Of a stretch of DNA of 64,000 nt, positions 40,501 to 53,035 are shown in pieces. The position numbers and the translations under genes were made by a program. The DNA is taken from contig OZ024741.1 of assembly GCA_964016885.1 (NCBI GenBank), positions 232,066,001 through 232,130,000 on the forward strand, given 5' to 3'. Source of the stretch: Eledone cirrhosa. Lineage: Eukaryota. The stretch's first letter is position 1; every line of letters starts with the position of its first letter. Under the pieces are notes generated by a model. That model saw only the letters and a list, made by a program, of their open reading frames with translations, made no database searches and was not told the DNA's origin.

Positions 40501-42096
40501 AATCGAGGTGGTCGGCACCTCATTGGAGGCAATTAAAAGGTTGACAGGAGTGAAACTTAACCCGGAAAAGTCTGTTGGCTTTTAGCTCAGCCGCTGGAGA
40601 GGCATGTCCATGCCGTATAACAGTGTTGCTGGGCGCTGGACGGATGGACCGATAAATTTGTTCGGTGTTTGGTTCGGACCAGACCTCCAAGTAGATAAGA
40701 ATTCAGACGAGTTAAATGAGCAGGGTAGCCAGTCTCACCCAGAAATGGTTTGCGAAGAAGCTATCACTGAAACGTTGGGGATAGTCGGTGAATGCGTACT
40801 ACGCATCCGTCATCTACTACCACCTGACCGTCGTGCCTTGCCTCCGTACACGCCTCACCAATTTGGGACCGCTCCTCTTCAACTTATAGTGGAGGGGACA
40901 GGTCTCGTTAGTAAAGCAAGTCCATCTTCTTCGAACACCCTCTGCGTACAGAACTGGGCATGCCGTGGCTAATGATTCGTAGACATGTGTTGAGGCTGCG
41001 GTATCTCCAGATATTCTGCCTAAACGGTGAACAGTTGAGATCACCGTTTATCAGACGGGCCTTTCTGCAGCTCGTCTCTTTGACAAAACTGCATTGCTGT
41101 GTCAAGAATAGACCGAGACATGGGGACTGGCATCTGGAATGTTGCCAGACACTCATATCCTCTACCAGGCGGGCGATGTGGTCAGTGGACCTTCCACTTT
41201 CGAGTTCTATAGATGATTAGTGGTGGGCAAGTGCGATGACGCAGTCGGAGAGTTTCTGAGCGTTGATGAAGTCGAACTGACCAGTTGCTCCAGAGGACTT
41301 TCGAGCCCGGGCCGATGGATAACTTCCAGAAATCACTCGCTTGGTAGTGCTACCACGGGGGGGGGGGGCACTGCCGGTTCCAGATAAACTCTACAGGCAC
41401 GGAAGTGCTATCAGTCGGACCTACCCGAGATGCGCGCAGAATGACGAAACTGTTCTGCACGCACTCGTGCAATGTCCGTGCATTACTGACTTGTGGAGTG
41501 ATGTCTAACAGCTGTTGTCGCATGTAGAAAGGATCCGGCTATCAGTCAAGTCGATAGTGAAGATTGACCCGCCACCATCTTTTAGCTTGGAAGTGCAGGC
41601 AATATTCCCCTGTCTAGTGGTAGTTGCGAAAAAGGTTGTATGGTGGACCAGGTTGAAAGGACTGAAGACAGACACTTTTCTCTTCGGCCAATCCCTCATT
41701 AATCAGTGGAAAGAAAGGTGAGGGTGGAGGGAGAAGTACATTTGCCAGTACATTTGCTAAAATGTGGATAAATGTGGCGAAAATGACCCGTCTGTGGTGA
41801 GCCTACTCTGACCATGCGCTTGTAGACTGGTTAATTTGAGGTGTAGAGGGGTGCTCTTCCCGGGTGACCTAGAAGCGTCGGGTTGTTTAGAATTGGTGGG
41901 ATACACGAGTCGTCCACCCCTATTGGGGAAATTATTTAATTGTGTTTATACATAGTTTATTTTATATTTTCATTGTTAAATTGGTTTTGCTATTGTGCAA
42001 TTTTACTCGAGCCTATTGTAAACCACCACTGTCCGTGTCTTTGTATTGTCCCCTACATGTCGGCCCTTGTGGCCAATAAATGATATCATTATTATT
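37521..42096 (+). mobile_element. Decayed L1/Tx1-type LINE (ORF1 remnant, partial APE, RT)
   Basis: LLAGDWN, YSDHK, NFRPITLLNTE, ALINLD..KSFD.V.H, GMPWL; end GGCCCTTGTGGCCAATAAA + ATT repeats. Confidence 0.88.
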
Positions 42097-42174
42097 TCCT
42101 TCATTATTCATATTGCGCATCATTACTTCTGTGCCTTGAGTATGAGCACCGTATATTTTACTGATGTTGTTTCT

Positions 42175-42735
42175 ATTGTATTGATAGTACTACTCGTAAT
42201 ATGTGTACATTGCCTAGTAGTGCTATCTTTTGTATGCTGTATATATTTTTAAGTCATGGAGTTTTGGCTATGTATTTGTCTGTGTGTTTCTTTTTTTTAT
42301 CATTCCTAGAGCACTTATTATTTTACTTATTGTTTTAGTTTTCATATTCCACATTCCAGTTATTTCTCTATCAAGATCTTTATATTTGGAGATTTTCCTT
42401 GGAAGTTATATTGTCGTCTGTGGGGATAGATACATCTATTAGAAATCATTTTCATCTTTATGGTCTTTGACTATAATATCTGGTCAGTTGGCCTTCATCT
42501 TTCTGTTTGTATGTATTGCCATATCCCAGAGAATGTTTGCTTTGTCATTCTCTGACACTTTTTCTGGTGTGTGTTTCTACCATCTATTTTCTGTTGGTAT
42601 TTCATAATGTTGGCATAATTTCCAGTGTATCAAGGGCCCAACTCGATCATGCCTTGTGCTTTGGTGGGTAGGCTTTAGACTTGTACTGGAATTAGAAATC
42701 CTTCCGTCTCAGCTTTCAGTCCAGTGCTTCTGAGT
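42175..42735 (-). mobile_element. 3' fragment of a second, divergent R4/Dong-type family
   Basis: GLKAETEGF, RHDRVG..IHWKLC, NILWDM.IHT...AN*PDIIVKD, IDVSIP.D across frameshifts. Confidence 0.75.
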
Positions 42736-43329
42736 ATTATTATAATATTCATACACACACGAGACAACCAGAGAATTCATTCCATATTTGAGGCCTTTGA
42801 CATCTGGGACCAAACTTCCGAAAGTTCAAGAAGGCGGTCATATTTACACGCAAAACTTTGCAATCATTTTCCTTGCACGATTGGCCTATTAGAACCCTTA
42901 TTTGAACCAAGACCACCCGTCGCCACATCCAGTGGCTTTCAGTCGCAGATTTGAACAACCGGAACAGTATTTGCCGTTTTAAACAGTTTCCACTCTGTTA
43001 AAATCTTCAGTTTGCTCAGGGAGTTCTTTGAATTTGGATGCAATAGTATTCGCATACCTGAACCCAGATTTCTCATCCAGAAAGCTTTCCACTTTATCCT
43101 GTAGGTCTATACTCAACTGACAGATTTCTGGGTTGATCTGAAAGGTCTCCTGTTGCAGATACCTGGATGATGACCGGTTGACAGCACAGTACCTCTCATA
43201 ACAGGAACATGCAATACAGAATCGAAGCTATCAGAGACAAACAAAATCGGTTATCGACCTCCGTCTCTGATTTATCACATACCATGTATATTTATGGATG
43301 TCTTTTTCTCGGATGTAAGTGCTCATTAT

Positions 43330-43795
43330 AGAATGTCCATTCCTCGAACAGAAGTCTGATAAGGTCTCTCCATATTTATATCGTGGTCAGTGTCAACATG
43401 TTCAATGACGTTTCCCATTAGAGTATATGATTCAGTCTTAACTGCATCCAATGCTGTGAGACAATTATTAAGGAAGGATTTGTATTGGAACCCAATGTTT
43501 GGTGCAAAAATTACACCAATCACTGAGACCTATGGGTGTAGTCCATAACAAAGTATGTTAGTCGGGGACTTGTAGGTATCTCCTTTCCCAAGGTTCAGTG
43601 ATATTCAGCACCACACTTGATTAGTGGATTTTTCTGTTTTCCATCCAAATCTACAGTAACACATCCACCGGACTTTAATAAGTATACTCCGACAATATCT
43701 AGCCGGTAGTATATAGCCTACCCCACTACTTACTGCTCATTACCTGTAAAGGTTGCAATGTTCCAGGTTACAATTGTCAAATATTTTCCCTTCCG
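43330..43795 (-). mobile_element. Highly decayed RTE-type APE remnant
   Basis: LTIVTWNIATFTGNEQ...LDIVGV and IGVIFAPN resemble APE N-terminal motifs. Confidence 0.4.
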
Positions 43796-44324
43796 AACCG
43801 ACTTTGGGGTTTCAGGATACTCAATCTTTCTGTGTCCATACCAAGACATGTCGCAAACCCGTTGCCAATTGTTACAGAATGAGATGGGGATTGAAGTGTA
43901 CATTAGGAAAAGACCCTCTACATAACACTTGAATGCATTCCTTGTTAATCCGTGCAAAGAACGATGCAATATGATGGCCTTTCTTGTGTCTAGCCATATT
44001 ACAGTGTATTTTGGTTGCCTTATTCATGTCAGTAACCAATTGGGTACTTTTCCTAGACATTCGAGAATTAGTAATCACAGTTAATATATAATCGCAGTAA
44101 AGAGAAATATGTTCATCTTATTATATCGCATACAGGATCGCAGATATGTGTATTTATTAAAATGTCTATTTTGGGTTTGGCATATAATTTGTCCATCACA
44201 CTCCGTCTAACATGTCCCACTAAAATGTTAGTCTTTTTCCCTCCTCGGCATTGCCAATAGCATAAGTCTCATCATAATATTTTAATATTGAATTGTAAAT
44301 ATGTCATCAAATTATATTTTTCAG

Positions 44325-44474
44325 ATCATTGTCCCAGGTATATAGATTGGTTCGGAAGAGAACAAAAATATCAATGTCACTGTCACCATCTAAAAGACTG
44401 TATATTTGACGGAAAAGGTGGATGTACAACTGACGCTTGTGAGGATGGCTATGATGGTCCAACATGTGACATAC
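44325..44474 (+). CDS. Internal exon of a host gene encoding an EGF-like cysteine-rich module (MEGF/receptor-phosphatase-ectodomain type)
   Basis: Acceptor TTTTTCAG| and donor |GTAAGT; 150 bp, phase 1-1; DHCPRYIDWFGREQKYQCHCHHLKDCIFDGKGGCTTDACEDGYDGPTCDI. Confidence 0.85.
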
Positions 44475-45214
44475 GTAAGTCAAATATTTTCAAATTCATA
44501 TTAATGTGCCTTTATCGTGTGCCGGTTTTTTCTAGCTGCCATTATTAATGATTTCCACATTTTCAGTGGCCCTTTAATGTATGCTAGTGTACAATTCTAA
44601 CGTTTATATTTATGTTACATTTGTACAAAGAGTTGAAGCCAATTCATAGATTATGCTACAGGACCGACTCTATCAAAATTCCAGTACCTCATATATCTAT
44701 TTATTTACATATGTAGACGTTTTATATGTAAAGAACAGGTCAGCTCAGGTAATAGGGTACATTTATTAAAAGATGCATAAGTCATGAAAGAAGAATCCGT
44801 TTTAGAGAAGAAATTGGCATGAATAATCGTTATACACGTTTTGACGCATCTACTCGATTGTGTCTGCCGTTAGCAGTGATGCCGGCTTCATTATGAAGAA
44901 TGACTATTTGACATGTACGAATCAGATGATCTTTATTTATTTTAGACATTGTGCCAATTATGCGGACTTCAGAGATCTTATAGCATTAATTGACTTCCCA
45001 CTCGACTGCACCACATACATCTAACCGATTCAGGTCTGGATAGCTAGGAAATCCTGTTTGTGGAGTTACGTGATCGGGATGAATGTAACACATCCATTAT
45101 TTGTTCGCCTTGGCCTTATGAGACGGCGCAAAATATTATTGGGAGGTGTACAATACTTATTTGCACACGCTCTAAATCAAAGGCCTCACATCCTTTCCGC
45201 CATTTTATTTTAGT

Positions 45215-45780
45215 CAGTTGCATAGACCCTTAAGAACAGAAGGAAGCAGTGAAGAGCCGTGACTTCTGCCTCATTGCTCACAACTGCCAGAACCATCATA
45301 GATGTCTGGAGTGTTGAGTGCATGACCATCGGACCATGTTTTGAGTCACTCAAAAAACATCTAACATTCCCGAGTTTGACCTTTTTGTCCCGATCAAAGT
45401 TTTCTCATCATAGAAACAACAAATCATTCAAGGCTCCTGATGTTTCAGCGTGCTCAAAAAGCACTTTGCACGAATCAGGCGAATATTTTTATTTTTGTAA
45501 ACATGCAGTGACGCTCCGATTCATAAAAGAAACATCGACGTTCTTCATGCACAATCCTCTGAATGTATACATTGAAGTCCTGAGCTACTTAGCAATATCG
45601 CTAATTGATTTTCTCAGGATCTTATCGATAATTTTCAGCTCCTGTTGTACACATTTTGTTTTCCGATGGTATTAGAACTCTTAACATGCCTTTAACGTGT
45701 GGCTACTACTGCAGAATTCCCGTCAGTATCTTCCAGTTTCTTACAAAACTTTACGACACCCCAACATGCAAAATTTAAGC
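45215..45780 (-). mobile_element. Decayed Tc1/mariner-superfamily transposase fragment (maT/DD37D-like)
   Basis: Across frameshifts: RKSISDIAK*L.TS (HTH), F.DEKT..DQKV...VR, PMVMHS....MMVLAVVSNE. Confidence 0.55.
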
Positions 45781-46214
45781 CTCTATTCCCAACCTTTTGT
45801 GCAAATATTACAAAGTGCCATTTCATTTGCTGAGGTACAGTGATTTCTGACAACATTATTTGTGAAACAAAATGATAATCAGATTAAGATAGACAATCGT
45901 TACAGCTATCAAAATATATGTCTTCAAAGACCTGAACAACGTTGTTTGTGTACATCAGTTCCAATTGGTATTTGGAATAGAATATTTGTTCTATCAAGAC
46001 AGAGGCCTGCTCATAACATTACCGTATAAGTAATTGAGTATGCCATAGACATATCTACAATTAACCTACATCCTAGAGGTATGCAGCGCGACACAATTTA
46101 TATGGCAATGGTGTCCAACTTCACTCACACAACTAGGGTTGATGTAAGACTATTGTCAGTGACTCACTAGCAGATACCATGCAAAGGAATCGGACACGGT
46201 GAGATTGTGATAGC

Positions 46215-46625
46215 ACACGTGACCACACCTGTTCATCGTCGAAGAAGAGGTGGAGAGAGCGGAACCTGAGGACATGTCTGCGCATCATCAACCACAGCAT
46301 GCCCAATCCTCCATGTAGAGGGTGTTGGCAGCAGATGGACCGCCTGACGTCTAGGACTGTTTTTGAATACTTGACGTCATGAGAACGGCCGCGATCAACC
46401 AAGCGATCTCCACCGAGGGAGGAACATGTGCCACTTGGACCCTCACGATTCTCTGGCCGCAGTATATGGGCACCATCACAACATCGTCACAGTGGAGTGG
46501 CGTAATCGAGTGTGCTCTGGCTTCTGCAGGTGTAGCGAAGAGAGCATCTACTCTGTCAGACTTCTGTCCTCGAGCTATGTAGGTTTTATGTGCTTAGACA
46601 GCACCCAAGGCCTATGGACCTGTGA
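46215..46625 (-). mobile_element. Small L1/Tx1-type fragment
   Basis: VRRSICCQHPLHGGLGMLWLMMRRHVLR matches the other Tx1 copies. Confidence 0.7.
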
Positions 46626-47215
46626 CTCTGTCACCCGTTCTACCCGGAGCGAATTCAGTTCAAGTGTATGCTACGAGACCGTACACAGACGTCAGTTATT
46701 CATGACGTCGGATGGGTGGGTGATTACGGTTCTTCACTAACACTTTGACATGCCTCATCTCCGTGTCTCGTCGCTGCTGATGCTTTTGTTGTACTTGTCG
46801 TTGTACTTGTTGCTTTTATTGGTGCTGTCATTGTTTTTGAGATTGTTGTCTTATGTATATATTAACTGTAAATTATAATCAGTGTGGTGTGTTAACTGGC
46901 TTATCAATTATACAATGAATTTATTTGCCCTGGGTGTCAGGAACACACTCGGAATATATTAGAAATAATACTGAAGGAAAAGGAAAAACTATAAAAATAA
47001 TAATAATATAAGTATATGTACGTACATACACATGTATATACAGACGTACAGTAGTATGTATATACATACATACATGCACACATATATATGTACGTATGGG
47101 TTTACCGAACGTTTATTATAATGCTCGGTTTGTTTGTAAACAAACAGTCCGAAATGATTAGCCATACAGTGTTCGGCAACCATCGTTGCCAGTTTGCTCA
47201 ACACTGACAAAGGAA

Positions 47216-47256
47216 CGATGAACTAGTTTCTAACTTATTAGCCGTCAGCAGCACTG
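47216..47256 (-). ncRNA. Degenerate minimal hammerhead (left arm)
   Basis: CAGTG-CTGCTGA-CGGCT AATA AGTTA-GAAA-CTAG-TT-CATCG. Confidence 0.5.
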
Positions 47257-47510
47257 TATACCTTCCTGTCAGTCGATTGAACGTTTGAAAGTATATACTT
47301 TCCTTATGCATATTAACGGCTGAGCAGCCTAATTTGCATATCGAGTGAGTTACATACTTATATTTAAGTATCAGCCGTACTAAGTGTGAGAAATGAAATT
47401 TCATTTTTTTCCATTTATCGTTTTCGGTATGCATATTTGGCTGCTCAGCCGTTAATATGCTTCAGGAAAGTATATACTTTGAAACGTTCAATCGAGTGAC
47501 AGGTGTTATA

Positions 47511-47551
47511 CGGTGCTGATGACAGCTAATAAGCCTGAAAGTAGTTCATCG
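47511..47551 (+). ncRNA. Minimal type I hammerhead motif (right arm)
   Basis: CGGTG-CTGATGA-CAGCT AATA AGCCT-GAAA-GTAG-TT-CATCG. Confidence 0.6.
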
Positions 47552-47816
47552 TTCCTTTGTCAGTGTTGAACAAAAGGGCTACGATGGTTACCGAAAACTG
47601 TACGGCTAATAATTTCGGGAGGATTGTTTACAAACCAACCGAGCATTATAATAAATGTTCGGTAAACCCATACATACATATATATATATGTGTTCATGTA
47701 TGTATATATATATACATACTACTGTACGTCTGTATACATATATGTATGTACGTATACATACTTATATTTAAGTATCAGCCGTACTAAGAGACAGAAATGA
47801 AATTTCATTTTTTCCA

Positions 47817-50800
47817 ATAATAATATTGATTTCTTTATTGGCCACTAGGGTCCACATATAGTGGACAATTCAGAGAGAGAGGTACAGTTGATGTTCACAA
47901 TAAAATCGACCAAAAATAAATAATAACAAAACAATTAACAATGAACATTTATAAAATTATATGAAATTATAGAATATATAAAATATAACGAATTAAATTC
48001 CCCAATAGGGGGCGGTGAAACGCTAAGGGGCGACTCAGATACCACTCCAGTCCTGAAACACCCGACGCTTCAAAAGATCCCGGGAAGAACACCCATCTCC
48101 GGGTCAATTTAACCAGCCTACAGGTACATGCTCCGAGTCAGCCTATTCACACGGGCCATTATCGCCACATTCACCCATCTTTGAACAAATGTACTGGGGG
48201 CACCACTTCTCTCTCCACCCCACCTTCATTTCCAATTAAAACTTAAAAGCAGTTGATGAGGGATTGGCCGAAGCGAAAAGTGCCTGTTGTTAACCCTTTA
48301 ACCTGGTCCACCAATTAACCTCTTTCACGACTGGCACCAGACACGAAAATTGCGTGCCCTTGCCAGCCTGATAGAAGGTGGTGGTGCGATCTGTATTATG
48401 GATTCGATCGATAGCCAGATCCGTTCTACACGCGACAACCGTTGTTCGACATAATTCATCAAGTCAGTAATGCACAGACATTGGGTGAGTGCATGCAGAA
48501 TGGTTTCGTTGCTCTGCGCGTATCTCCGGCAGGTACGTCTGGCAGCAATTCCGTGCCTGTATAGTTTATATGGAACCGGCAGTGCCCGCCGGTAGCACTG
48601 CCAAATAAGGGATTTCTGCAAATTATTGATAGTCCTCGGTTCGACGGTCCTCCGGAACAGATTGGTCAGTTCGAAAACGTCGACACCCAGAGCTTCTGCG
48701 AGTTCGTCGTCACACTTGCCCACTACTAACCATCTATAGAAATTGAGAATTAAAGTTCCACTAACTGCATTGCTCATCTGGTAGAGGGTAGTGTGCGCCT
48801 AGCAACATCCCAGGTGACAGGTGCCAAGTCTGTTTATTTTGAGCCAGGGCTGCAGCGCAGTCAAACAGGCGTGCTGCGGAAAGGCCTGTGTCATAAACGG
48901 CAACTCCATGTGTTCATCCTTTAGGCAGAATATCTGGAGATGCCGCAGCCACAGCGCATGTTTGCGCAACAATAGCCACAGCATGCCCATTCCACCACGT
49001 AGAGGGTACTGGAAGACGATGAAGTCTCATGAACGGAATATGTCCCCTCAAAAATAAGTTGAAGAGAAGCGTTCCAATTTTGTGAGGCCTGAACGGTGGT
49101 AAGGCAGGACGATCAGGAGGTAGTAGATGATGGACGGGTTGTACGCGTTTCCCACTTCCTTCCAACCTTAAGAAAATGTTTCCTATCGGACCATTCCTGG
49201 GTGAGAGCTGCTACTCTGTTCCTAAACTCGTTCTAATTCTTATCCACCTGGATATTTGCTCCAATCAAAAACCCGGGCAACTTTGATGTTCTGTCTGTCC
49301 AGTAACCGACGAGACTGATTAACGGCATGGAGTTGCTTCTCTAGGCGCCAACTGATTCGGGTTTAGTTTTGCTCAATTCAACTTTTCGTATTCCTCCAAG
49401 AAAGTACCGACCACTGCGATATCTGAGGTGTTTGAGACCATTACAATGATGTCGTCCGTATATGCCGATACAGCTTTTCCGAGTCCCGATTTGCGCAGGG
49501 GGCACTGCAACAGCTCCAGACTCCACAGTAAAAGCTCGAGAGTCAATACCTACAAAGGGGAGGAGAAATGACTCCTTTCACGGACCGATCGGGAGATGTG
49601 AATCGGTTCCGAAAGATGGCCATTTACTTTGACGACCGACCAAATGCCGCTGTGTATTCCGGTGATCCATCCATTAATGACGAGACCGAAGACAAATTAT
49701 TTGGGTATTTACTCTAGGTATCGATGTGCGATGCTATCGAAAGCTATCGGTTGATTTAAATTCATCAGATCCTAACCCCTCTATTATTTATCGCCTAGGT
49801 AGAGCTAGTCTTGTATGAATCTGGTCGGATTTTCGACAGTTTGCTCCTTCCCTGGCAAATAGTGGAAGACAAGCGCCAACATCTTTGCTAATACCTTTGT
49901 CAAAATCATAAACTCTGTGTTTAGCAGAGTTATGGGCCTGAGATTGCCAAGCTTATCCTTTTTGTTCTTGTCTTTCCTTATCAGTATCACCATGCTCCGG
50001 CTCACAGAAGTGGTAATAGTGTCAGTTGCAGTAGAGCGATTCAAGGAGATCGGAAAATATATGTAAATCTCATAGGACAGAACATCCAAACCGGGCGACT
50101 TGCGCCTCGGGCATCCCGAATCTCGGCTGAAGTTATTTGCCTTTTGTCGCGCTCAGCTTCTGCTGGGGTGAGATGCCGCAGGCCATCGAGTTAGGAACTG
50201 AAATCTGCTATCGTCTATTTTCACCCGCCCTTCCCGAACAGGCGATCAAAGTGCTGGCGAAAGGCCGCACGTATCTGCCTGGAAACGTTCAGCATGAGCT
50301 CGTTTCGGTCCGTCAAGAATCAAATTGTGGATTTATTACCACTTGCACCTCCAACACACGAGCCCATCGAATAGTTTTCGTTCACTCGTTTCTCAGAACA
50401 ATCGCCATAGCTATGAAAATGCAACATTCGTGTTTTGCATTGAAGAAAAGATCTAATGCCATTCTCAGCATTATTACGTCAGTTGGAATACCAATACAAA
50501 TAACCTCATCTAATTTCCCACTACTTTCTATTTTTCCTAACGCCACTTTACTAAAGCCTATCGAAATAACTCTAATCACTCTCTTGAAAGTCTCCCACCA
50601 CCGGTTGTTTTCTACACTCCTCTGAAAACTTAACAGTAAAAGTTGAGACGTTCCCTGAAAGGCTTCCATGCGTTTAAATGAATACGGTTGTGCGGCCTCG
50701 GTCAGGGCGCAGACAGCCACCTGTCTAAAGTCACCACATTAGTTATTGCTCAAGTCCAACTCCTCCAACCTACCATCCGGTTCCAGGAAGATCAACCTTC

Positions 50801-51600
50801 CCTCGAGATCCAGGCCTTATTTAAACAGCACTGCCACCTCAACTCCCATTTCCATTTGACTAAGAGATGCGAAGATGTGTTAGGCGTCGAAATTCGGGAC
50901 TATTGCGCTTGTCGGAAATCCTGGTCCTTCGGAATACTTTTAAAAGGCGACTCAAAGCTTTTCCCACTAGGGTTTTCCACGTCGTTGTGGAAGCTCTCTA
51001 TATCATTTTTATATGCGTTTACTTTCATCTGCCCCGCCAGCAGTCTTTGAGACACTTTGACGGCCCAAGGGCCAAAATTCTGCCCTCTTTCTCAATATCT
51101 TGACTTTCTGTTACAATTTGTTGTTGAGCCTCTTTAATAGCACACATTTGGGTGTTTCTGTTGATGTTAGTTTCTGAATGTATTTCCTTTGGTGGGGCAT
51201 GAGTAGCGATTGTGTGTGTGTATTATCGTTGGTGGTTGTATTTTTGTCGGGCTACTGACAGCGAGGTTCTTATCTTCACTGGCGGCTCGCCATGCAGAGG
51301 CAACTGGTGATGCTCGTGAGGGCACTTGGTTCTTCCAGCACCTCAGATTCACCATCACACCAGGTAACTCTACGAGCGTTCTGGCTTGCCTCAAAAATAA
51401 TTAGAGGTTTCACAGTTCTCCTCGGTATATTGCTATCTTTCGCTCTGGTAGCAGCTCTTTTTACCACTCTTTCGCTTGCATATTGTTCTGTGGCCTAAGA
51501 TGTGTGTATTACTTGCTTGTGTATTTTTTCTCTTTCTCTTTTTCCTTCCCTTTGTATATATTATATTTGTTAGTGTTTTCGTTCTGTAACCATTATATTA
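47817..51600 (-). mobile_element. Decayed L1/Tx1-type LINE
   Basis: NLRPITLLNTEF.IL.KVLA, GMLWL, C.RYAQSNETILHAL.QC; 3' end GGCCAATAAAGAAATC + ATT; 5' boundary approximate. Confidence 0.85.
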
Positions 51601-53035
51601 AATGAGTTAAAAAAAAAGAGTTAATAAATAAATAAAGATTTAATAAATAAATAAAACGTTATACTTGTTTTACCCTGCCATTTCTAATTCACCGAACGCT
51701 GCTATCATTACTGTATGTGTGTGTTTCTGTAAATGTATATGTGTGAATATATGTACGTTTGTGTGAAAGTATGTGTGAATAAATGTGTATTTGTGTGAAT
51801 TATGTCCGTGAGAGTGTATTTTTATAAGTTTGTGTTTGCGCGATTGTAGTTATATATTCATAATAGTTATATACTCATACATATAGATTCATGTATGTGC
51901 ACAATCATACGCGTCCGCGTGTAGAAAATGATAATCTCGCTATCTCTCTCATCACACACTCTCTCTTTCTATATATATGGTAGTTGAAGTGGTGGTGGTG
52001 GTGACGATATACCGGAAGTGCAACTTTGAAAAGAAGTCAATTTTATATTATTTATTTATACGAAATTATTTATGTTTACGAAATTTAGTACATAAATTAT
52101 GTAATATTAATTTATTATTTATTCAAAGTAAGCCAACTTATTTTACTAACTGAATTAAAAGAAATAAACCGTACGCAGTTCCACAGACCTTCATTTATTA
52201 TATATATATATATATACTAGCATTAAATCCCGGCGTTGCTCGGGGTCAGTCAGTTACCAAAGTTTGGTTGCACCACCCATTTTATGGCAGCACTTTTTTG
52301 TCTGCCAAGCACTGGTTGAATGAATTGCAAACCTGCACTGCCGAAGCAGGAGCTGCGCCAACAGTGACAATTGTAGTTTCGTCTATTGATATTATCTCTG
52401 TGCAAAGAAGTATTCAAATTTATTGTTTCACAGTACTTGCGCAACACGCGCGTAGACGATGCCAGCCGAACAACAGAGCTGCGATGGGGTTGTTCTGCTT
52501 GACATGTTTTAACGGAGGAGGGGGTGGATTGAGGGAACCGCAAACAGTGGCCTGAAAACATTGTCGAATTATGACAACCAAAAAAGAAGAAGAGGGGTCA
52601 TTGTATGGTTGGTGCATCATGTACGTCGGACGTAGAAGATGAGCCTGCTGCTGTGCCGACGGAGGGAGGGAAATAGAGCTGAGCGGAGGCTAGGTGTTGG
52701 TGAAGTGTGAAGTAATTGCAGGGAACCGCCTAAAATGTAAATCCCATCATTAAAGCATTGTTGACCCTTTGAAAGTCGTACGGAGGTGAAATACTAACCT
52801 GTCCACATTCCTCCGAGGCCCACCAAACGGGGGTCCGTGAGGAGCAACAGCTGATATTTGAGTAGGGTCGGAGTTGCAATGACGCTTTGTAACGCCGCGA
52901 GAATCAGCGTTTGTACGGCAGATGGTGGGTAGTGTCCAGTGCACTGCTGTCAAGGTTAACCTGCTTAGAAAGTACTCACAAAAAGGCAAAAAATAAAAAA
53001 ATTAAAAAGTTATAAAATTAGGAATCGAGGTAATC

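Larger units (their letters stand above)
47005..47816 (+). mobile_element. Non-coding Penelope-type insertion: ~340-bp inverted arms plus 62-bp direct terminal repeat (404-bp unit)
   Basis: 47005-47344 is the inverse of 47424-47768; 47351-47413 is repeated at 47755-47816. Confidence 0.85.

Noticed and set aside
51660-52200. Possible further non-autonomous Helitron
   Set aside because: Termini are too degenerate (no CTAG or clear hairpin) to support a call
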